Assembly: GCA_000165425.1 (NCBI GenBank)
Contig: CT868670.1
Span: 1-64,000, forward strand
From: Paramecium tetraurelia
Taxonomy: Eukaryota
Reading direction: 5' to 3'
DNA length: 64,000 bases
Below the pieces are notes generated by a model. The model was not told the DNA's origin and searched no databases. It worked only from the letters and a program-made list of their open reading frames with translations. The position numbers and the translations under genes were made by a program. This document shows, one piece after another, positions 27,173 through 40,903 of this stretch (position 1 is its first letter; each line of letters begins with the position of its first letter).

Positions 27173-28721
27173 AAAACAATTAATAACTGAACGATAAACC
27201 ACTATTAAAATATAAAGCCTTAAGTTATAAATTTAATTAAAAAACAAAGTTAATTATAGATTGAGTTAATTAAAATAAGGCCATTTTAAATATAAAATAA
27301 CTAATTACAAATAAATGTATATATTTTTGTGATAAACTTATATAAAAATTCTTTTTCAGATGAAAAAGTGATTTCATTATCCAAATGAAATGGTGGAGAG
27401 ATTCACACATTTAAAATTTAAGAACTTTAGATTATTAATGAAGTAAAATAATAAATCATTGTTTAATTTGATATTTAATAATTAATAAACACAAGGTTGA
27501 AATAATTAATATTTATTTTATTGTGATTTTATAAAATGTATTTAATATCAGGAATAGAAGTAATTTGATAATCCTTAATATTCAACTAAATATTTTAGTT
27601 TTCTTTTAGTTTAACCCCAACATCTGGATAATTTAATTAAGTGAAATAAAAGATGCTTAATTTTTTCAATATTATTTTTGTCTTTTTATCATATCAAATT
27701 ATCTTGCATCCACTTGTATCTTCTGGAATTGATTAAAGCTAAAATATATAATATTATAGATTTAAATTTAAAACGTAAAAGTTGAAGAGATATAAGAATA
27801 ATACATCCAATAATAAAATGACTAAATATTATGGATTCTTAGATCTTGATATTAGACCTATTAAAAAGAGTCTTTGGTATAATTTTAAAAATTTATAATT
27901 TTGATATTTATGTAATAAGAAATATAATTGATATAATTTATTTTTATTTGAATATAAAGTTAAGAGGTTTTCATTTTCATGTAAACTAACTCGTTTACAC
28001 TTTATTTTTATTACAATAATAAGTTGTTTTTTATTCAACTTATTTTAAATTTATTTTCCAATAAAATATAAAATGAGAATCAAAATTATTTGAAAGGTAA
28101 GTTAAGTATTAAAATACATAGGGCCTACATATTAAAAACAAGTTAAATTTAATTATACTCAAATGCTTGCACTCTTTTAATTGTAAAGACATATCTTGCT
28201 TTATCAAAATTTTATTTCCTTTAACTCTAATATTAGAGTTTGCTAATTTAATCTTCATAATTAACTATTTAATTCATCTTGGTCTCTTTTTACATTAGAT
28301 TTATAATTCCAGTAATGTTAAATTGGTATTCTATGTTAATTTCCATAAATATTTACAATTTCTCTTTTCTTTCAAATTAAGGGTTTTTGGTAATCAACTA
28401 ATATAACATAAATGGTTTTCTCATTTGATATTTTAATCAAGGGTATATATTTAGCTATGCTTTCTACATTAAATATTCATCGTTTTATTAATTCTAATTT
28501 CTGTTAAAATCAATTTCCTCAGTAATCCCTATATCACAATTACCTCTATAAAGCTGATATAGAGAAAAGAATATAGCATCAAAGTTCTTTTTAATTAAAG
28601 AGAGACAACCGCTTTCAATATAGGTATAAAATTTATATATATTATCTTAATCAAATTGAACTTTTTTAGAGAAAAACAAAATCGAGAAAGTTAATTTAAT
28701 GACTTAATTCTTGATAATAGA

Positions 28722-29801
28722 TCATGTCTAATCAATATATCTTCTTACTTAAACTTAATATTATTCCTCATTCCAAAAAATTAATAGATTACCATCATCA
28801 CTAGCTGTACCGTAAATGTATTCTTTGTTTAAACCAATATACTATATTTGTTTAATTTGATATTTTTAAGAAGGCGCTTTTTCAATTCTAATAATATTTA
28901 TGAAATAACCATTTTTATCAATAATTAATTATTTAGATGGAACATAAATTAAAGGAAATAAGCTATTACAAGAATTTTAACCACCTTTAACTTCAATGAT
29001 ACCTTCACCTTACCCATCTTAAGAATTTAAAGAGTAAAAATTTAATTTATCATGAGGTCGAGATTCTCGTTCTTAAAAGGCCATTACATCATTTGTAATA
29101 AAACACAATCTTAAACCATAATAGTTGGTATCCATTTTTTTGATTTCTATCCACTCTTATCTATTGCTTCCTTTAAAAACTCTGATTTCATTTGTGAAAG
29201 AACATGATATTAATGTATCTCCATTTTGGTTGATAGATAAGCCTTAAGTATCAGAATTTTTCTTTGTTTCACAAATCCACTCTTATTAATTATTCTATAA
29301 TGCACCTTGGAGTGTATGTAGATTTTTATACCAAAATTATATATATTTTTAAGAGCCGCATATGATAAGATCTTCCTAAGGATGAATAACTAAACATTTT
29401 ATTGGAGATTTATCCATTTCTGCTATCAAATATTACTGAGTATGCCATTTAAGATTTTATTCCTACCAAATAATAATTTTATCCGTAGCAGAGATGAATG
29501 AATTAGAAGACAAACTTTTAGGTAAAAATTTAAGGCAAAATACAATCTCATCATCCACTTTTGTATCCTATAATTCATTTTAGGTAAAGTTCTTAGTTAT
29601 TCCAAATATTTTAATGTAATAACCAGAGCCAACTAAAAGTAAATTATTTGAAGAATTGATAGCCATTGCATAACATCTTGCTTTGAAATTTATATTTATT
29701 TAAGATTTTCCTTCATAAATAGGGAATTCATTTGGCAATTTAGTTGGCAATTCATTTGGCAATTCAGTTAGCACTTTTTGTATTTTTAATTCATCAATCA
29801 T
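28722..29801 (-). CDS. WD40 repeat protein (ciliate-expanded type), intronless
   Basis: 360-codon frame. RCYAMAINSSNNLLLVG, GLSINQNGDTLISCS, YGLRLCFI, FPLIYVPSKQLIIDKNG, YGTASDDGNLLIFWNE. N-terminal 12-nt tandem repeat encoding LPNELPTKLPNEFP. Confidence 0.85.
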
Positions 29802-31488
29802 TTAGTAAATAAATTAATATCAAAGACATTATAAATATTTAGAGATATCGAATTAATACAATTTCGCCATAATACAATATAATATTGTAATATTTTTTAG
29901 AATTATTGTAGTAAAAGATCGATTATAACTTTTTAAACTCATATTTTTATATATACATTAGCTTTACATACTAAAATATATATTTCATCATTTGAGAATC
30001 TACTTAATCAAATAAGGATATTATAATCTTAAACAGCTTCTACCAATAAAAGTTAGAATAATAAGTTACTGATTATTGAAGTAGATTTCTCACAAAATAA
30101 ACACATGCTAAATTTATAATTATTAGATTAAAATCTTCTTATCATTAAGTATATCAATATTGTAGTTGAAGTACATTATTTCTGTGTTTTTAGAAATCCT
30201 TACATTTGGCAATTGTAGTACTTTTCAGTATTCAATCGATATTCTCATATTATCTGAAATACGATAATTCTAATTCTAATTCATATAATCTCAAAACGTA
30301 TCAATAATATAATTAATTTAAAGTCTATAAGGGGGAATATTATTTCTAAATTAAGACAAATTTCTTAAAATACAATTATTTAGAGAATCTAAATTAAGTT
30401 ATAAGCAAGAATTTAAATTTTAAAAGGAGAGTAGAATGTTGGAATTCATCGACAGCATTTTCAACATTTATTAAAATATTTTAACAATGATTTGAATTCT
30501 TTAAGTAATGCATTGTAAATAATAAATCAAATTTTTTGAATTATAATCGTCATTCTAATATTATTATGATAAATATAATTACGAAATTTAAATATTAAAT
30601 CAATAAAATTCTTAGAATGGTCTTATGAATGTATTTCTTGTTAACTAATATGAAAATTGTTTGATAGAGATCCAATAAATCTTATCACTTAACTCTGCTA
30701 TTCAATCAAAAGATGTATTTACTCTGATTCTTAAGAAACGACATTATTTGGTTTGATTTAATAGACCAAAAGTTAAAATTGAAAAAATTCTATTAAATAA
30801 TTTATTACTTTATTGAACATATTATTCTGTAAAAATTAATTATTATATTAATGATTAATTACTAATTCTAATTTTCACTCTATAGAAATTAAAATGGTTT
30901 ACAATCTTCATCGTTTGAATCCTATTATAAAAAATATGGTACTTCATAAATCTCAATAAAATCCCTCAAAATAGATATTTATAAAGCAAATTTCAAAAGG
31001 TTAATTTTATTATTTTTAATTTGGTAAGAGATTAGCTTTAAATTTAAACTAAAGACTCTAAATAATTAAATGGAAACTTTAATATAAATATTGTGTGTTT
31101 TATGCATATTATTTCATATTTTCAATTAAAAGCTTTTGAGTATCAAAATTAAGTGGATGACTACTTTTCTTTAAACAAGTTGAATACCTTAAATCAAAAA
31201 ATTAGTAAATTAAAAGCTTCTCTAAAGCACTAATATTAATCTAATTCTTATAAATATTCTAGCCTTCAATTCAAAACCATTAAGTATTTCAAATTCCTTG
31301 ATACGTAATAAGCATAATCTCTATAAATTGGATATTTAATTCTCTATAAAAGTTAGAGTTCTAAGTAATTATGACAAAATGTGACTTTTAGTAAAATAAT
31401 AACTGGAAATAGTTCCAAAAATTAATTGATAATTTATTAATTTGTTTAATAATTATAAATATGATATATATGAGAGGATTTTATTTAA

Positions 31489-32493
31489 TCAAAGATTACA
31501 AAGTTTTCTTATCTATAATTTATTTGAACTTTCATCCCAAATAACAAGAAATTCCCCATCATCGCTCATCCTCCCAAAAACATGATGAGAATTAAAGTTA
31601 ATAAATTATACAATTTGTATTTATTCTTTTCCTATGACTTTTAACACCATTATTGTATTGCCAAATTTATTCAAAATGATTTTTTTTTATTTTTCAAATT
31701 ACATTGGAAAAAATGCATCACAATCTTTTTGGTTTTACACTAATGAGATTTCTTTAACTTGTTTTACTTTGCAACCATTATCTGATATTGAAAAGAGTAC
31801 CGTTGATCTTGTAAATTAAGGTTAATATAAAAAATAATCATCATCGAGAAAACAGAGTCTATATCCATAATCCTTAACAACAATTTTTTATACTACAACC
31901 CAACTTTCATTATTTTATCTTGCTGTAATTAATATCGTCTTATCCCAACCGCAAGATATTAGTTTATTTTCATTTTAATTCAAACTTAATGCCCAGACAG
32001 CACCTGAATGATCATTTATTGATTAAATGAGTAACCATTTCATTGGATTCTTCCAAAAGTTTATAATATTATTACTTCCAGTTATAATAATATCATAACT
32101 TTCATTATAAAGTAAACAACTCACTAAGGATGAAGGGGCATCAAATTTCTTGATAATTATTGGTTTTGCAATAGGAACCATTGACCAAACATGAATTTAT
32201 CCTTCTTAACTTGTAGAAATAAGAGAATTGAATTTCTACAAAACAGTAATTGTTGTAAGAAATGTTTTATGACTTGATAAGATTTGAATTTGATTCATTT
32301 ACCCTTCATGAATACATAATACTTTAATTAAAGTTTTAAACTAAGTAAACAATAGGGAGTTTCCTTTTGTAAAGGCCATCGATTGGCACCAACCCTTATG
32401 TTTAAGTTAAGCGTATAATTAATATTCAAATTATTCATATGGATCTTTTTCTTTGTCTGATATGTTTTAATTTATTGATTTTGCTCTATTCAT
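31489..32493 (-). CDS. WD40 repeat protein (same family as 28722-29801), intronless
   Basis: 335-codon frame. DHSGAVWALSLNQNENKLISCGWDKTI, YGYRLCFL, FGRMSDDGEFLVIWDE. Confidence 0.88.
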
Positions 32494-32950
32494 AATAAAA
32501 TAATTAATAATTAATATTGTATTTAAAAGCACACGATTATATTTCATACTAATATTAAATACAACCGAAAAATAATATATCTCAATAATACATTTTCTAA
32601 ACTTTGCGAACTTAAGTTTATCATAATATTTACCTAACAAAAAATCATGAATAAAGTTTGTTTTAATAAGGTTCTTACTGCCTATTTATTTATATGAATA
32701 TTTAAACATGTAACCATTTCAATGGATTGTAAAGCTTAGTAGATATAAATATCTTTCCAAAATAAAGTAAATTGTATTTAAATATGACAGATATAAATTA
32801 TTTCGATAAAATAATAACCAAATAAGATTAAATTATGATCTGTAATTCTTTGATAACATAACTATATCAATCCTGATGGTCTGAACAGGATAATATAAAT
32901 ATAAGTTTTTTATATTAATTTTATAAAACTTGAAAATAATAGCTGAACAA

Positions 32951-33872
32951 ATGCAATCATAGTAAGCATGGGATGGGTTGTAATCCTGTAAATTTAATTA
33001 TTCAGAAGTAAACCTGAATCAATATTATAGAAAATACACATAAAACCTTAAGATTGTATTACTGATTTTGCAGGAGGAGAAATTCAACAACCTCTGGGAA
33101 GAGTACATTATGATCCAAAATATGGAGATCCTTACACTTGGGTACCTCATCTCAAAACAAGTATACCAAGACCAGGTGATGGCAAATCGTAAGAATTTCC
33201 TCCTGGTATGCAACAGCAGTTATAAAATTAGGAAAATAATTTATTGATCATCGTCCATAAGAGAAGAAACCTCGAGCATAAAGGCTGCATCTCAAAGAAG
33301 GATAGTCAGGACATCTTGAAGATGTTCCATATGGCATTAAAACATTTCCACCGATTCATTGCGAAAAAAGACATGAGATTGAAGAAATGATGGGAAAAAA
33401 GTAAAGGTTAGATTACCTTTATTAAATGAGAAATGGGTAATTTTTGTATATAAATTAGTTTGCCAGTAGCAGCCTTAGGAGATAAAATATATAGAAATCC
33501 AGAATATGCATCTGATTTTTTTAAAGAAGGAGGATTGATTACAGGATCAAGCAACGTATAAAGAAAAGTAAATATCAACTAATTGCATGAAAAAGAAATG
33601 GAAAAAAAAATTTAGCTAATTTAATCTAGGATTAAGAAAGGAACACTTTGGAGTGATAAAGTAAAAATGGATTAGGATGCAGAAAAGAAATAAGATATTG
33701 ATGTAAACATTGCGTTTTATTATAGGACTTAGATACATGGATTGAAACTACCTTAAAGCCTTCGAATCCTAATTATTAAGATCCTGATAAATTTTTTGAG
33801 AATTTAGAAAAACAATAAGCATAAGATCCAAAAAAAGCATAGGCAAACCAAAAAAAAACTGGAAAAAAATGA
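32951..33872 (+). CDS. SPATS1/SASRP1-like (probably ciliary) protein
   Basis: Frame with 4 short introns. Motif RNGLPVAALGDKIYRNPEYASDFFKEGG resembles the SASRP1 core RNGIP...GD.PY..PE.S..F.K.G as I recall it. Confidence 0.6.
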
Positions 33873-35906
33873 TTTTTTGTCTATTAGAATTATCATTACT
33901 CGAAATTTTAGTTATTTATTTTTTAATTCTTAAATTAATATCAGCTTTTATTTTAAATATCTTTATCAGTAAAAATAGTTTGTTAAAATGTTGATTGGAG
34001 ATTATTCTTTTTAGAACCCATATATATTTAGATACAGAAATTTTTTAGGCTTAATAAGAGCAGCTTTAATGTATCATGGTTTTCACTTGAAATTTTTAGT
34101 CAGGGTCACTTTTCTAAATAGTATCATAATATACTTTGCATTTTAACTGATTCAAATATAATGATAATTTTTATGAAAAATCAATGCCAATTTGAGATTG
34201 AATGTCATATATAAATGATTCATTCTCTGGATTGTCTCCCAAAAATTTAAAAATTGATAACGTTTTATCTTAATTATTATTTAGTTATTATTTAAACTTA
34301 TTAAGATCGATTATGATACACTACTGCATGTTTTAATACTGTAAATAAATTGCTTTTTGGCTTAATCAGTACATAACTTTTGTATGTATATTATTACTAT
34401 ATTATTTGCAGTCTCATTTCCATTAAGAATACTTTTCAGCATTTTCATCACAAATTTTTCTGATAGATCTTCTGCAATAATTTAAGAAATGAAACCTTAT
34501 AAATATGTATTTATTATTTCATTTTAATTGTTTCTATAAAGTTTAAAATTTATCATAAAATTTGGCATAACAAATAGTTAAATACAGATCATAAATATAC
34601 AATGGATTTTGTGAATAAAGACTGACAGTCATCGTTTGAGTAGTCAAATACATTTAGCCATCCAAGTGACATAGCATATTAAATATAAATTGGATTGTAT
34701 ACTGATTCAGTTTGATTTGATGAATTCGCAAATAAGAATGGAACTAGTATGCACATTAAACTAAATACCACCCTTTAAAACATATTTAGACTCGACTAAC
34801 GAGAATAGATACTTATTTGCTGATGAATTAAAGTATTTAGAATATTGGAATGATATAAAATACTTTTTCAACTTCTATAGTATAACTTAGAAGGTAGATA
34901 TAGATTCTACTAGCGTAAATGCTATTTATGCATGAGAATCGAAATTTTAGAAAATGATCAATTTATATTGAAATTATCCATGATTAAAAACTTCTTAATA
35001 AGAAATAGTTCCTAATGGTTAATTAAATATCAAGTTAAATATAAATGCACTTTGATAACAAATTCATCGAAAAAATTGAGAAATGCCAAGGTATCAGATA
35101 TCAATAGGAAATAAAATTTGATCATTTTGGTAACTTCTGATATGTGTTGACTTTTTAGGTATAGTTTATGAGATATTTAAGGTCGCTTTGAAACTTTTGA
35201 GAAGAATTTCCCCTGCAATCTATATTTGAAGAATTTTAAAAATGAAGGAATTTGATTGGTTGGATTTTAAAATCCTCTAGATAGATAATAAAGAAAATAT
35301 GATAAGAGATGTTTCATAAAGAAGTGGTCATTAGACTATATTAGATTAATTGACTAGTTATGGTGACTTTTCATAATTATTAGAAGAGCATAAAAAACAG
35401 AGTTGATTTATAAGTGGTTGGGACAAAATTTTTCGGCATAAATTTCATCATAAAACTAGATTGAGATGAAGAAATGCTCAGTAGATTTTTAGTTTGATAA
35501 CACATTCTGACGAAGAAAAAAATGAAAAAATTATTTATTTCATTTTTGTATTATTAATTAAATACTTTCGTAAACAATACAAAGGTTAAATAATAGATCT
35601 TCATTTATTATAATTACGAAATCAATTAAAAATATAAATTTAAATACAAATGTTGTTTAGCTAATCTTCTTCTTGAAGATTCTCTCTTTGGTATCAAGAT
35701 ATATTATGAAAAAGTGTAATTAAATTCCAAAAAATATTATTGTTCATGAATATAGATTAACATTAATACTAGGATACTATCATATAAATCTAATTTCATT
35801 TTGATAACTTTGAGATTATAAAGTCTTATTTTACAAGGATTTTAATTAATAAATATTTTGATAAAGAACAATGCTTGAATAAAAATTTAAAGATTTGAGA
35901 GTGAAG

Positions 35907-36410
35907 ATGAAGCCAAAAAAGGTTAAGAAGATAAGTCTCTCACTAAAACAATAACTCATTGAAAGTGTAATGACTGATCACTTATCTATTCATCAAGTAA
36001 GATAGTAATTTATATACAAGGCTTCTAAACTCCACTCAATCAATTACTCATCGGCCAAATATATTATAAACTTATATAAAAAATTAGGTACTGTGGCTCC
36101 TCAGTAGTCAAAGCATAGAAGGAAACCGAAAGTTTATATTCTCAACACATCAGTTTTAGTCGACTACAATTCTGGGGAGATTTTACTATATAAATAAAAT
36201 TAATTTAAAAAATAGAGGCAACAGGAGAACTAATAGATATCTATTCAGAAAGGACTGATCATGGCTTCGAAATCAATATTTAAGTCACTTAAAATAAAAG
36301 AAAAAAATATTTCTTTATTGAAATCTGATTAGAAACATTATCCAACCTTTACCAACTTAATAGAACTACAAAATTTCATCTAAATCCAGCACAGGTTGAT
36401 GGTATCATGA
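35907..36410 (+). CDS. Helix-turn-helix (homeodomain/psq-like) DNA-binding protein (159 aa)
   Basis: KISLSLKQQLIESVMTDHLSIHQ[24-nt intron]ASKLHSINYSSAKYIINLYKKLG, a typical ciliate HTH signature. Confidence 0.75.
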
Positions 36411-37082
36411 TTGAGTATTACATATTATTATTATTATCGATCAGATGAAACTTTTATAATTATTGCATACAACAACATTTTTATTAGTTATTTGATTCGA
36501 ACTCAGATTTATTATTACCTAATTGATATTAGATGAAATTTATTCTTAGTATTAAGAATAAAGTCAATGAATTAGAACTTATTTGGAAATAATTTATGCA
36601 TTTATATATATTATTATATTACTGGTTGAATAGTACAGGATTTATAATAATAATTATTATAAGACTTACTAACGATCAATGTGCTTCATACTGTAGGAGA
36701 ACTAAAATGCTACAAGATATACTCGATTATCTGAATATCTCTCTTTTTATTTCAAGGATATTTATCTTGGGATAAAATTTAAATTTAATGTTTTATCTAT
36801 TTTTTACAATTAAAAGGCCAATAACTTGGTGAGTTAACTGATTATTCAAAAGTCAATAAAGATATCAATTATACTATGTTACTATTATTTTATAATGATT
36901 TTTTAAAAAGTTATATTAATTACATAAATATTATTTTATAACATGTCGATGAAAGATTACTATAATAGTAAGTCCGATCATTAATACTTATAAGTTAAGT
37001 ATTAATCAAATTCACGTATAATTACTAAATTTATGCAGTTAATCTTCTCTCATAAATACTATTAATTAATTAACTATATTTT

Positions 37083-37685
37083 ATGGATTGTTCAAATCTT
37101 GAAATTGATTAAATTTCTAAAGTCCCTCTAAAATTTGAGATGGAATTTAGAGATAGTCATTCCAAAATGAGGAACATTGAATCTTCTCGATCATCATTTA
37201 GCAAGAAAGAGAAACGAAATAGAAAGTTTTTCCTTAAACGCTCAGTTTTTTTTGTTTCAATTTGTAAATAAACTGGAAAAATAGAACTGAATTTGGGATC
37301 TGACTTCTTGCATATCGAAATAATGCAAGGAGGTCACTTACCTTTAAATTAATATAACATTAAAGATATAAGATCAGAGAGTTTTCTGAATGATGTTGAT
37401 TTTAAGGAGTAAAATGTTGAGAACAGTTTAAGATTGGCATCTACGTAAATAAAGAAGTAAATAGACTAGATGCATAAGACCTAAGGCCACTAGGCTCCCT
37501 TTTAGTGCTCTCAACCTAATGAACAAAGATTAAATGAAAATTTAAAAGCTAATTTTACGAATATTTTTGAAACATTGGACTGGAATTTAAGAGATAGGAT
37601 CAATAAGGTTTCAGCTATTGAGGAAGCCAAAAAAATATTACAGGCTCAGCATTAGGATATTAAGAATTTTTTATATTAGAAATGA
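37083..37685 (+). CDS. Hypothetical protein (200 aa), C-terminal similarity to the neighbouring HTH protein
   Basis: Intronless 201-codon ATG-to-TGA frame, MDCSNLEIDQ...ILQAQHQDIKNFLYQK*. Confidence 0.7.
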
Positions 37686-38530
37686 GCTTTACTCAAAATC
37701 ATTATATTTTTTACAATTATTGATTTTCTTAATTAAGTATTATCAATATATTACCCCTCAAGCTTAGTGTTTGGTTAAAGCCTGAATAACTCTTATAATT
37801 TGTTTTCTATTGATAATTTACTGACCAGATAAATCCATCTCGATATTCACTCATCCAGTACCATATTTCGGTATAGATCAAGATGAAGTGTGGTAACGAA
37901 ATCCATTTATATGACTGAACAATAAAATATTCAATAAAATTATATAGATTATTTAAATATCAAATTTTTGATGTTCACCTCATTTGAACAACATTTTCTC
38001 ACTCGTTTTATGTGAATGGTCGGATCAATTTGTTCGAATTATTATCGCAAATCTGGTGGAAATGATTTTCTAAATATTTCGAATAAATTTTAGAAAATTT
38101 ATGGGTTCTTAAACTTTTTAACTAGTTCAACGTTTATTGCTTTGACCTCTTATCTAATCAGCAAATTTACTTATTTACCACGAAACTAGAGTGATTTTGC
38201 AATTTAAGTCGATAGATAATAATATTGTTTAATCATTTAATTCTTGATGGAGAATGAATAAAAGATGAAGGATTTCATGTAAATAGATTTATTAGAATCT
38301 CTAAATATCAAATTGATTAAATGCTCTAAATATTTTATTACTTTTAATTAATGTTAATATCTAAACCATTATATTTAATCAGGTCATTAAAAAATTTGTT
38401 TTTAAAAACTGAAAATTGATTTTTCTACTATTAATAATGTATTGAATTAATTTTTACATAACTATAAGAATATAAACAGAATTAAATTTATGAGGATGTT
38501 GCACAATCTAAAATATAATACAATCAGAAA

Positions 38531-40013
38531 TCATTAATTTAAAATTACCAGTTCTGTGTTTTATTAAGTGTCTATATTTTTTGGGTCTGTTTTGAAATCA
38601 TATTATATGTAAAATATCCCTAAGATTCCTGCAAATGAAAAGATGTAAAAGCAAACGGATATGCTGAAAGAAGAGACTAGCATTGGGAAAAATTGACCGA
38701 CAACAGCTGTGCCCAACCAATTTACACTAGTCGCAAGACAAACTCCTTTTGGAGAAACCATTTCTGGCATTACCACCTATGATATTAAATTCAATTTACC
38801 CAAAATGCTGGTCCTATTGTTGTAGAAAATAGCAGTATAAAGAGAAATATGAAGATCACGACAAGGATAGCTGGCTATTCTTCTAATGATGTCATATATC
38901 CAAGTGGGAATTCAATTAATACGCACGATACAGCTCCCAGTAAAAAGAAGTTTTTTCTCGTTATTTTATTTAATATAAAACCCATTAAATAAGCTCCAAG
39001 AATGCCCAATAAAGGAATGAAAAGGTTTAAAATATTTGATTTCTAAACATCATTATTTGTAATCTGATTAAAGATTTAGGTTGAGTAAAATATCACAGCA
39101 TTAATGCCCAACAACTATCCTATGCAAGCTAATACAGATATTCTAACTAAATTCCTAAATAATCTTCCATAAAATAAATCCTTATACGATTCTGTTGAAC
39201 TCGTATTTTGCCTAAACATCAATACATCATATACTTTTGATTTTGTTTTGTTTATTTCAATATATCTTAAACGTACTCTTCTTAATATATCACCTTTATA
39301 GATTCAATTGCGTTTTGCTCATCATTTATACTGATATAATAATTAGGCGAATCTAATTTAAAGTTGCTAATCAGATTGTAACTACGAAAGGCACAAACCA
39401 GTAAAGGAAAAGAAAATCCGACTCTCCAATACTGATCATCTATGGTTGGGCTTTATTTATACCTAAACAAAAATAATTTTTACAATATACCATAATCCTA
39501 TAGTGAAAGAGAGAAATAAACCAAAGCTACCAGACATTGTCATAATAGAACCTAATACACCTTAGAGTTCTGGAGGACTGAACTCGTTTACATAAACGGG
39601 AACCTTGATGAAATTAGATTAATTTTATTTACTAACGCCGAATTAAGTCCAAGTACTACGCCTGCTACAAATCTTCCAATTACCAAAAACTTCCATTCTC
39701 CAATTAATTAAACTCCATATCCCAAAATTCCAAAGAAGTCCAAAATAATTAATGATTGCCTTCTACTGAAATATTGCAACATATTTGGCATGGTCAATAC
39801 ACCAATTGCAGCTCCAATAGTCATAATTGCTAAATAGGAGTATTTTATACCTGACAATAGACCATTAAAATAATCAACATTATCTGTGATTCCAAAAACT
39901 ACGTCTACTGTTTATAATGCAGGATTCAAATAACCAACTGAGTATCCAAAATACACAAAACCTAAACTAGCATTAGCAACAAGGTATTTTAATAGAGTGA
40001 CAGATTTATACAT
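38531..40013 (-). CDS. MFS sugar porter (GLUT-like hexose transporter)
   Basis: ASLGFVYFGYSVGYLN, IGRFVAGVVLGLNS, PVYVNEFSPPELQG, GQLLGINAVIFYS, IGGNARNGF-region W..G..PEM, multiple TM helices, short introns. Confidence 0.9.
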
Positions 40014-40256
40014 GAAACTATTAATTTATTTTATGGTAAAATAGAGAGTAAGGTATTATTTATATTAATTCAAAATATAGATGTGTATTGTTAATAATGG
40101 TCTAATAAGTATCATTAAAAAATTAATGGATGGTTTTTTTATTTTCATCAAGGAGAGATCAAAATTTTCATTTTGACTATCTGACAATTAATTTATTGAT
40201 GATAATTGTCGAACCTAATGTATATTTCTTGATAATAATTAATTTTATATAAAATT

Positions 40257-40873
40257 ATGTTATAATTAAGAAGGCTTCCGAAATTTTTATTTTGTTAAAA
40301 TTAAAACATTGATAAGAAAAATGTGACTGTGAATATGGAGTAGATAAAGCAACGAATAATGGAGAGGAAGACTGAGTTGCCTTTTAAGGATCCATCAATA
40401 AGCAAACCCAGAGAATTTTATGATACAAAACAAAATAAAAGGAAAACAGAATACATATTTGATTTCATTGATCCAACTCTGCATAACAAACCCTTTTTAT
40501 AGCAAGTGTTTGGATTGGGCAATGGATACTTTTCAGTGAATGATGTTTGGTATCCAGGGAGCATATTAATATTTCCTCAATAAATATTTTTATGGGATGT
40601 CTAAACTGCCGCTGATATCAGGGCTCACAGTTTTGATATTTTGGAGGTGATAAAGCCAAGACCAAGTAAGAAGTGCTCAATTTATATATAGGTTATGTAT
40701 TGATTGGGACAGGAAGAGAGAAGCAAGATTTGCCAGATTCATATTTTGAGAAATTCAAAAAGTTCGGTATCAAGGTGGATGTGGTTGCAACATTTGAAGC
40801 ATGCAGTCATTTCAATTTTTGTAGTGAAGAGCAAAGAGATGTTTGTGCTTTTATGATTCCTTAAAATTTATGA
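40257..40873 (+). CDS. NDUFAF3: NDUFAF3 / Mth938-domain complex I assembly factor homolog
   Basis: FSVNDVWYPGSILIFPQQIFLWDV, KPRP[26-nt intron]YVLIGTG, GIKVDVVATFEACSHFNFCSEEQRDVCAFMIP; basic N-terminus consistent with mitochondrial targeting. Confidence 0.82.
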
Positions 40874-40903
40874 ATTAATATTAATATATATATATAGGTA
40901 GAA

